A DNA stretch of 61,871 bases from a virus (taxonomy: Duplodnaviria; Caudoviricetes): positions 1 through 61,871 of the IMG/VR virus record IMGVR_UViG_3300025131_009312; one strand, 5' to 3'. This document shows positions 36,576 through 47,100 of this stretch, in pieces. The position numbers were made by a program, and so were the translations under genes. The notes beneath the pieces are model-generated. The model had not been told where the DNA came from, searched no databases, and was given only the letters and a program-made list of their open reading frames with translations. Positions within the stretch are counted from its first letter, which is position 1, and every line of letters begins with the position of its first letter.

Positions 36576-38107
36576 TGGGACTTCTTCGTTATACAGCTAG
36601 CGCTGATACTACAATTACAAATGCTTACGAAGCCGGCCTGAGCACCCGGGGTACAGGCTCCAATATGGGCTATGCCGACGCCCTAGAGGTATTTTCGCTC
36701 TATGGGCAGTCCTCCGGTTCGGCTACTGGTCAATCTCAAGAACTTTCCCGTATTTTGGTAAAGTTCCCAATCAGTCAGATCTCTGCCGATCGCACCTCCG
36801 GCCAATTAGCGGCCTCGGGAAGTGTTTCCTTCTATCTCAAGATGTATAATGCCCGAACTCCCTGGACATTACCGCAAGACTTTAATTTGGTAGTGGCTCC
36901 GGTTTCCCGCTCGTGGGCCGAAGGATCAGGCTTGGATATGGATGAATATCAAGACTTGGGGGCATCTAACTGGATTAAATCCGACAACACCACCGACTGG
37001 ACGTCTATCGGTGGAGACTATCATACTGCTTCGAACTACAACGTACCTTTCGCCCTAGGATACGAAGATCTTGAATTAGATGTCAGTGATGTAATAGAAC
37101 AGTGGATCGCCGGCGACGACCCAGAGTTTGCCAATAACTATGGATTTGGTATTCGTCTTACTGCCAGCCAAGAGGCTTTTTTCTCTAGTTCAACAGGCCA
37201 AGATACCTCTGTATTAATTAATAATCCGGCCGGCGCAACCGAATCTTATTATACTAAACAGTTCTTTGCGCGCTCAACTGAGTTCTTCTTTAAGCGCCCC
37301 ACTTTGGAGGCGCGCTGGAACTCTAGCATCAAGGATAACAGAGAGAACTTTTACTACTCTAGCTCTTTGGCTCCGGCTGCTGACAATCTGAATACTTTAT
37401 ACTTTTATAACTATATCCGCGGCCGCCTTGTCGATATTCCCGGCAACCCGGCAATACGCGTCTCGTTGCTATCTGGTGCCACTGCACCATCCACAGGAAG
37501 CGCTGTGCAACTGTATGGAGAAAGCGGCGGTGACGGAACCACATCTCACTCAGCCTCCGCCGGCCGAGTATCCACCGGCCTATATTCCGCCTCGATGGCA
37601 GTGACAGCAGCCGCCTCTCCGCTAACGGTTCTGTATGACGTATGGTCTAGCGCTGCTGATACAGCCGTTCAATATTTTACTGGATCAATTTATCCCCAAA
37701 AGATGCCCACCTATATGGGCGCCCCTACATTTAACAGGGTAACGAACATTAAATATATGAAGAAATCATACTCCCCATTCGAAACAGCACGATTTAGACT
37801 GTTCGTTAGAGATAAAAATTGGAGCCCCACGATTTATACACGGGCGACTAGTATTAATCCGACGGACATTATTGAAAGCGGAGCGTTTTCAATCCGTCGC
37901 GTCATTGGTGACCTAAATGTGGTACCTTTCGGAACGGGGAGCGATCTTCATACTATGATGTCTTACGACGTCAGCGGCAACTATTTTGATTTGAATATGT
38001 CTCTTTTGGAAAGTGGCTACATGTACGAAATACATTTGGCGTACTATAATGATTCGATTTCTTCCTGGATAGAGCAACCCTACACCTTTAAATTTAGGGT
38101 AGATTGA
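36575..38107 (+). CDS. Baseplate-associated structural protein (beta-sandwich)
   Basis: ADTTI, SRILVKF, WAEG.G, W...GGD, DLELDVSDVIEQW, NYGFGI..., P.LEARW; position between gp6 and the giant protein. Confidence 0.65.
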   Translation: MGLLRYTASADTTITNAYEAGLSTRGTGSNMGYADALEVFSLYGQSSGSATGQSQELSRILVKFPISQISADRTSGQLAASGSVSFYLKMYNARTPWTLPQDFNLVVAPVSRSWAEGSGLDMDEYQDLGASNWIKSDNTTDWTSIGGDYHTASNYNVPFALGYEDLELDVSDVIEQWIAGDDPEFANNYGFGIRLTASQEAFFSSSTGQDTSVLINNPAGATESYYTKQFFARSTEFFFKRPTLEARWNSSIKDNRENFYYSSSLAPAADNLNTLYFYNYIRGRLVDIPGNPAIRVSLLSGATAPSTGSAVQLYGESGGDGTTSHSASAGRVSTGLYSASMAVTAAASPLTVLYDVWSSAADTAVQYFTGSIYPQKMPTYMGAPTFNRVTNIKYMKKSYSPFETARFRLFVRDKNWSPTIYTRATSINPTDIIESGAFSIRRVIGDLNVVPFGTGSDLHTMMSYDVSGNYFDLNMSLLESGYMYEIHLAYYNDSISSWIEQPYTFKFRVD

Positions 38108-38120
38108 TAATTAATAAGAC

Positions 38121-41100
38121 ATGAGCTTTAAAACGTTATTCGATAAAGCTACGGCGGTCACCGCCTTAGCAAATAAGAATTCTAAACAGATCGGCGGAGA
38201 AGTTGAATCTCGTCAGTATCATACACAGGATATTATTCACGAAAAGCGGTTTATTCCTCGGATTGATTACTCTGATCCTAAGAATTTTGCTAGGTATGGT
38301 TCCGCAGAAGAGTATTATGCTCAATCGATTGGGAGAATCCTAGACAATTATCCTTATGACGGCTCACTTAAGGAAAGAATACAGTGGGAGAATGAGTCCA
38401 CATATGTAGACCTGCACATTCTCGATAATCTGTATCCCCGTACCAACGGCTTTATTCACCTATCTCAGGGCGGCTGGGGAACCGCGGCTTCGATTTCGAG
38501 TGACGGCTATGGCCTTCCCAATACTCTAGAATATATCTATCTAGAGGGCGGCCCTCACGGAAACCCAACCGGCCCGACTCCCTATGCTCAACAGTTTACT
38601 GGATCTAACTATTATGATCCTGATACCAACCGCGAGAGCAATTTAAAGTTCGACCTCCAAAATCAAGGCGCCACTATAGAGTTTTGGTTAAAGAAGGATG
38701 CCTGGGCTTCTTCTCTTACCACTAACGAAGTCTTGTTTGATATGGAGGCCAGCAATACTGGCACTGAGCAGAATCGCTTCCGGGTGGCTCTTAATTCGAC
38801 CAGCTCATCGCCGTTCTACATCACTGCGTTATCAGGCGGAGTTGGAATTACTGACGAAGCATTGGGTTCCTCTGTAACCATAGCAGATGGTTTATGGCAT
38901 CACTATGCGGTCACCTTAAAATCAGTCGCTGCTGGTATTCAAACAAAACTGTATATTGACGGGGGCCTGAACGTATCCTCGGTGCTCGGGTCTACTGGAA
39001 TTAACGAAGTGACAGGAGCGCTAGTGGCTACCGTTGGTTCCCTCGTTGCAGCAACGGCTGCCGGCGGAGCACAGTACGCAGGAAAACTCTCGGGATCTTT
39101 AGATGAATTGCGTTACTGGAAGACGCGTCGAACCGGTGAAAAGATCGGCCGCTATTGGTTTGACCAGGTGGGCGGCGGCACCAACACCGATCCGCAGGCC
39201 TTTACCGACACACAAGAAGAGGTAAACACAACCCTTGGTGTTTACTACAAATTTAACGAAGGCATCACCGGCGATACAAGTATCGATAGCACTGTGCTCG
39301 ACTACTCTGGCCGGGTTTCTAATGGAACCTGGACGGGGTATACAACCGAGTCCCGAGCCACCGGATCAGCCATTGTTATTTCCAAAGCAGCCATAAAAGA
39401 ATTCAAAGACCCCATCATTTACGGACAACACCCTGATGTCATAATGCTCCAGAGTAGTTTGCAGGTCACCGGCTCGAATCATGATACTGAAAATGCAGCC
39501 ATGGTTTACAAGAGTATTCCCGGCTGGATCACAGAAGATGACGAGGAAACCACCGGAAACCTCAAGAAACTTACTCAGATTATGGGCAGCTACTTTGACA
39601 CTCTCCAATTGCAGACTGAATCACTCAATCTGTTAAAAGATGTGGAGTATGTTTCTGGGAGTAATAAGCCTATACCGTTTGCAGATCGGCTTCTTAATTC
39701 TCACGGCCTAGTTGCACCCGAAATCTTTTTGGATGCAGATATTTTGGAGAAGTTGGCAGATCGCAGTGAAGACAAGCTCTACGAAAAGACTCTTAATGAT
39801 TTAAAGAACATTATTTATCAAAATATCTACAATAACCTGACCTATATTTATAAGTCTAAGGGAACTGAAAAGTCTTTTAGAAACCTTATTCGTTGTTTCG
39901 GCATTGATGATGAGTTGATAAAACTAAAATTATATGCGAAAAATACCCAGTATGAATTTAGGGAAAACCGGCGAACCCTCATACTCCCGACCAAGTATGT
40001 TAATTTTAATGCGACCAATGCTACCGAAGCCACTGTATTCGGCTTTAAAGATCCGTCGGGCAGCTACGAGAACACCACAGGCTATTTGACTTCTAGTGTT
40101 GAACTGACCGGAGGCTTTGCATACACGTTCGAAACAGATGTGTTTTTTCCTGAGAAAAAGGACATAACCAACCCTACATACGCGGATACCAATACGCTTT
40201 CTGCTTCGTTGTTTGGTATTCATGGCACTATAGGATCTGAGACCGATACTGCGTGGCCCGAAGTTGCGGGCTCTGTGGTTGACGACAAAGTTAATTTCCA
40301 GGTGTATGCGTGCCGTGATGAGTTAGACTCTAAAAATGTTAAGTTTGTATTAACCGGCACCCAAGGTGGTGTAGTTCCTCTTATGGAAAGCTCCTTATAT
40401 GAGGACACCTATTCAGATGTAACATGGAACTTATCAGTTCGGGTTAAACCAGAGCGATATCCATTGGCTGCCTTTTCGACAGGGGCTGACACTGGCGCTT
40501 ATACGATCGAATTGCACGGAATTAAAGTTCAAGCCGGAGAAATAACGGATAGTTTTAATATTTCTGATACCATTAGCGCAGCATCCAACCCCGACGGTGG
40601 ATTCATGACAGGCAGTAAGCGCCCCTATGTGGGAGCGCATCGTACCAACTTCACTGGTACTATACTCCAGCCTACCGATGTTAGAATTGAAGCCTCGCGA
40701 TTCTGGGTGAATTATGTTGAAGACGAAGCACTCCGCGCGCACGCCTTAGATTCCGAGAACCATGGTGCGTTTCAGCCACACCAATATGCATACCCATTTG
40801 CTAGTGATGGTCATTATGGAGACGTTGTTGAGTTTGATACCCTGGCCTTTAATTGGGAGTTCAGCCAAAATACGGGCTCGAACGCTTTAGGTCAGATGGT
40901 GGTGGCAGATGAATCTTCGGGTTCCAATGTTACAACGGCGTATCAGGGCCTAGGAGAACTACTCAACAAACAGTATACCGCCCTAGGGTATGGATTCCCT
41001 CAGTCTTCGACCGAGCCAATTGTTAAGGACTTTGTCGTTATCTCACGCCTAAATGACGTTGAGACCATCGGCCCCGCCGAAACTATTAATGTCTTAAGCG

Positions 41101-44100
41101 CCCAAGATCAGCACGTTTTCAAGATCGACTCGCGCCCTATTAATTATTATTTCTCTTTTGAAAAAAGTATGTATAACACCATCAGTGAAGAAATGGTCAA
41201 TTATTTTGGAACATTAAAAGATTTTAATACTCTTGTTGGTGCCCCAGTCAATCGCTATCGTCCTGATTATAAACAACTGGCCTTTTTAAAGCAAAAGTTT
41301 TTTGAGAACGTTGCCAATGATGAGATAGACTTTGATAAGTTTTATGAGTTATACAAATGGTTTGACTCTACCCTGTCATTCCTGTTAGGCCAGCTCGTCC
41401 CGGCCTCCGCCGATTTTGCGGATAATATTCGAACCATGGTGGAAAGCCACGCTTTGGAGAGAAACAAGTATAATAATATTTTGCCCTTTGTCGACAAGGA
41501 AAACACGGTTTTTGAAGCAACTATGTCGAGCAGTGTAGACTACGGTGATGCTATTTCATCCCCGGACGATGAGCCCCAAGGAACCGGGTTTTATCCTGCG
41601 CATGCCCCTACCAAGCGCGCAACTGGGTTGTCGAACCGCGGTATGGTTAAAAAGTGGAAATATGTACACGCCCCGGTTTCCGACGACCCGACTGAAAAAT
41701 ATCTCTGGTGGAAGAACAAGGCAGAGCGTAACACACCAACCATTGATGTCCCAGCCGGTGTACTTACCAGTAGGGCCCAAATTTTGCGATCTATTAGGAT
41801 GGCAGACCAACGCGAAGAAGGAAAGCCTTACCGATTTAACGTTGCCGGTTCATACGACCTACAGGGTGTGGGTACAGGTTATAACTTTAAGCCCTATATG
41901 CTATATCCGTCGATTGCTCCATTTGGTGGAAACGCAGCAGGCACAAATGCCCCAAGAGATATAGCCTTTATTAGTGGAAGTACAGTGGAGACGCTCCTGA
42001 ATACCACGGACGAGTTTTACCCAACATACAAGCAGCGCCTAGGCTTCGCTGTTGATCTAGACAAGAATAAAAATGATAGCATCGCGGACCCCGAACCTGG
42101 AGGTCACATCGCTCCGTTTAGTCTTTATAACGCTACACTGACCAACACTCCATCATCTTTCCGACCCAATACCGCCATTACTAATTTGCATCACGATTAC
42201 GTCGCTGACAATTCTATTCCAGCCCAAGGGCCGTTTACGGAGAAATATGTCGGAGGTCGCCGATTCAGGCACGTAGAACTTAATACCGGAACAGATACTG
42301 CTTTAACTCGACCAGAAGGTTTCAAGTTACAGTTCTCTGAGGTCTCTTCCTCGGCCGGAGGCAAGTTTTCTGGTTCACTGGCAATCTTGCCCCCTAATTC
42401 TACGGGCTTGATCACCCGTGCCGAAATCCCCACAGCGCAACGATTAAGAGATGAGACCGCAAAGCGCCCTGTAAACATCAAGAACATCTTTATGACGACG
42501 GCTTCTGCCGGAGAGCGCCTGAGCAATATTGCCACACATGGTAAAATAGGAAATTACCAGAAGAACTATCAAGTTATTCAAACATCGGGCCGCTCACAGA
42601 ACGATCCATACTTTGTCGAGCAGTCTTTTAACTTTGCCCTCAACCCCCAGAATCCTTACCCAAGAAGTACATTTAATAATCGTTTCCCTCTGCAGAACCC
42701 TTTGAGCGCCACCCAAGCCTCGGGCGAAACTCTTCGGGTTGCAAATACGAAGGCCATTGTACTCTGGGACGGCCCTAACATACACTATCAGTTTACAGCC
42801 CCAGCCGGCCTGAATTCAAATGAGGCTGAAACTATCGCTTTCTGGGTGAAGGCAGACTCCTCCGACCTAGGCGGCTACATCATTTACAATGCTGATGGTG
42901 GTACTCGAAGACTTGTCACCATCGAGGCCACGGGCCAAGTTGCTTTCTTGGTCGGCCTCGCCAGTGGCAACCACACTTGGATCACTAACGACTCAGCTAC
43001 AGCCGGCGACGAATGGATACATATAGCAATTTCTTATGATGCATCCTCGGATGCGACAACGCCGAACATCTATGTTAATGGTACCGCTGTGGCTATATAC
43101 GAATCCGGCACACCCGGTTCAGGCGATCCTGATGACTGGAGTAGCACTGTTTTAGTTGGTAACACTACCAGCGTAAACTTTCAGGGTTATATTTCGGACA
43201 TGGCTTTTTGGAATACTGCGCTAGACGCCCCAACGATTGCAAGCCTCTATGCGCGCTCAACTGCTAATTTGATTAACGCTTCATGGGTTGCATCCCCCCT
43301 CATGTGGTACCGCTGCGGTAATGGTGCTACGGACACCGCCGCCACCATTGTGGATCAAATGGGCACCGCCAATTTGACGTCAACCTCGGGTCTCAAGGAA
43401 ATTGTTGATATACCTCCCGGAAGTTGTCTTGGAACGTCCCTAGATAATTTTGCACTCCCTAATCGCGACGGCATAAATTCAAATCAGACGGTTTTTGTAA
43501 ACCACTTTAGCGCGCCCGGGGGTTACAAGACCCTTTCCCGTGGTTATCTCGACCCAGCCCACGAAGAACTTTCAGTCTATAATGCGCTTCCTTATCGAAA
43601 CCGAGGCGTGATTGATTACGGCTTATCTGGCTCCGCGTCGGCTGATCCCTCTATTGCTCAAGCAGAGCATGTTGTCGGTCAGCTTCTTCGCACGCGCGGC
43701 CTTAACCAGCGCGCTTCACTTCATTGCGGACAGTATGGCATCGATGCGGCTTATGGATCCATAACTGCGCAGAGCACTCGTGTCGACGGTGGCACGGGAT
43801 ATTCGTCTACTCCTTCGTGGCACAAGACCAATCGGAACACATTACGGCGAATGGAGTCCGGCTCCACAGGGTATGCTGCAGCTTCCACCTATGACAACTT
43901 GTATGTACAGCACCAGATCCCTCAGTCGGCACAGCAATATGCGTGGATCACCGCGTCTCTCGCACCCGGAGAATCCATCATGGTCCTCCAGCCGCCTACG
44001 TGTATCTCTGCTTCTTCCTTAACCCAACTCCTGACCGCGAGCGCTGTAGGTTATAGTCGGTACTGGTCATATAATTCTGCTCTGATGTATGGGGCCACAG

Positions 44101-47100
44101 GCCGCGGCGGATTTAATGCAAGTTCACAAGGACTTCAGTTCCTCCCAGTAGATTTTCTCGGCCTGTCAACTATTGTTGTCGACCCTGTGAGTGCCTCTAC
44201 TCATACGCTTGGGTACTCTCTAGATCTTCCGCTCTACACTAAACTAACTACTTACTACGCCAAGTCAGACTATATTAATCCTTCTACCATGCCGCCCCAG
44301 GCTTTCGCGGCGGGCGGCAATATAATTACCAACCTCGCCAATGGTGCCCCAGGCCATGCAAGTATTTTAAACTCTATTCTGCTTAACCGTAACGGACCAT
44401 ACGGATATCCTACGTGGAAGCAGATTCGTACTGGCGAAACGCGTACTGCGCGTGCGCTCCGTCGCCAAAATAAAATAGGCACAGTTAAAGTTCCCCCCCT
44501 CGTAAAAAATGTAGTAGCGTCCACCGGCGTAGAACTAGGGTTTGTGAGAGCCAAACAACCTGTTGGTTTTGTTGACTTTGTGGAACAGCCTTTAAGTAGT
44601 CGTTATTCGCCTATCTTCGTGGCCACAGAGGATAACACAGCGAACTCAAACGTTAGAAATAACATTCAACTTAATGTTGCTTATGGAAATCGATTTGACA
44701 ATTTCTCTAACGAGGGACTCAACAATCTGCTGAATATCCCGCCACCGGACATCTACAACAACCCGTTTACCAATATCGCTGACTCCATTGTGCGTAGCCA
44801 GTTGAGTACTATGATGATTTATTCCGAAAGAATTTATCCGGCTGAAATAAATGCATACAAAAATATAGTTCGCAACAGAACCACATTTACCATCTCAAAT
44901 GTTTGGAACGCCGATAGAGGAGTCCGCAGCGCCACGCAGACTCGATCCAACTCCCAAGGAGATATAGTTGACTACCAGAGTATATGGGCTTTAGACCCGC
45001 AATTAAATTTCTCAACAGTGGCCCCTGCTTTAAGCAATATAACGGACGGATCCGGTGAACTGCAAAATATGTATAATCGTTTCGGGGTTCAGTCTACGGG
45101 CTATACTGATGGCTCGATAACAGCCAGCGCTATATATGCATCCCGGGTCCCTGTGGGCTATAGCGAAGGTGCTACATCAAGCGCGAATCTGGTTTATGGA
45201 GGTGCTGCATCTTTTGTCACTCCGATGGACGCCGACAAGATGCCATATGAGCGCTATGAGGATTGGGTCCAGCATCTGCGCCTGATCGGCAAGGATTATT
45301 CTATAGTTCCGGAATTCCGCCTGAGTGAGTTGATGGAGACTTATCTCGAAACTTATGATGGCAATTTCTTGGCTGAAGTTACGGGCGCCTTAACATTAAC
45401 GGGATCCTCGGCCGAAATTTCCAATAACCAAGAGCAGTTTTACAAGACTTATACTAATGCAGATTTCATGAAGTATTTTGAGGTGGTGGATAATATGCTG
45501 GACAACCAGCGCTCTGGCGACTTAAAAATACAGAGAGAGAAGTTGGCCCTGAGATGCACAGCCTTGTTGAAGTTTTTGCCTTATAAGGGCTTCTATCCTT
45601 CAGAACGTATTATGGAGTTGGCTAGCCTTTTCTCCAGCTCGTATGGCGATAATTTTGAAACCATCGCCGCGGCAGCCGATGGGTCTACAACCACCAATCC
45701 TACAACCTATAGAGCTATTGTGGAGCCACTTTTTGCACCAGGAATCTGGTTTAACAGTGTAAAATCTGGAGTGGGTGTGGGAAGTTGGGTCACTGTCAAT
45801 ACCGCGCCAGACAGCGTGTCATCTCAAGATGACATTAGCAGATCCGGCCAGCAGAAGGATGCTGGTATTACTGTTTTACCGGAGGGGTCTGTATGCTATG
45901 GTCAAGGCAGTCTGTTCTCAGCATCACTTTCTCGTAACGCCAATACCTATCATTTAGAGCGCGTCCCCTTTGAGGCCTCATATCGACCTGAGGAATTCCT
46001 CAGTCAAAAGTCTGTGACGGGTTCCTATATTTGGGATAGTGGGATGGGGACTGCCAGCCTCGCCTTTAATAATGGAAATAAATATACCAAGAATAGGGTA
46101 AAATGGAACGGCGCCGGCAAGGATCTCTATCGTTTAGCGGCCGATAACTTTTTATGTGAAACGACAAACTTTTTCATGGATGACATGGTAAGTTTTATCT
46201 CCAGCCCAGAAAACCAGTTTTCCGAAAAAACTCAAGAAGGGGAGGTTTTCGCCCTAACTCTTAATTTCAATCGGCCGATGACTCGACAGCTTGGAATTAC
46301 TGCCGGCGGCGACCCCGATCGAACCCGTTTTGAGTTGTATAATCGAGCCTCGGCCTTCGGGTCGCCATTTATTTTGGATGAGGGTTATCCGATGACCACC
46401 ACAGGTGAGACAGCCTCTGGCTCAATTGAACTTACCAGTAGCCTTGTTTCATCGGGCATCCAGGCCCAGGGTTATATTGAGTTAACCGGTGCGATGGTTG
46501 GCGGAGTAGCTGCTTCGGGTAATATTAAGGTGGATTCCTGGGCCGACAATATTACTGGCCAGGGCATCCGCTTATATAACGCCGAGGGCACTGAATACTA
46601 TACTTACACCTTTAGTTCAACCAGTCCCACTAGTGCGGATACAATAAATACCACCAACTCAAATTCCGACCAGCTCAAGGAAATCCAATTGGCCGTTGAA
46701 CTATCCGCTTGGGATGGGACAACCCGGATCAACACAGTTGACATTACCGTGCTCGAATTGACTCAGAGCGCCACGGGCACAGCCGGCAACACCGCTATTG
46801 GCGAAGATGGGGGCGGTTTAAGCTCAACTGACTTCATCAATGGCGCCAACGCCACAGGGTGGTCCATTACCACCGGCGACAGGTGGACAATTAGCGATGG
46901 TGGCACCAACTCCTACAACTACCTACAGCCCGGTACCGTCCGTACAGCAACGTTCGCAGCCACTAGCTCGGGAGACCCATGCGCTTATGATGGATGTTTC
47001 GAAATTGTTAACACGGGGGATGCAAACGCTGACATTTTGGCCACCATACAGAGTTTCTACGACACAGTTAATACATACCAAGCCGCCAACCCAGACTATA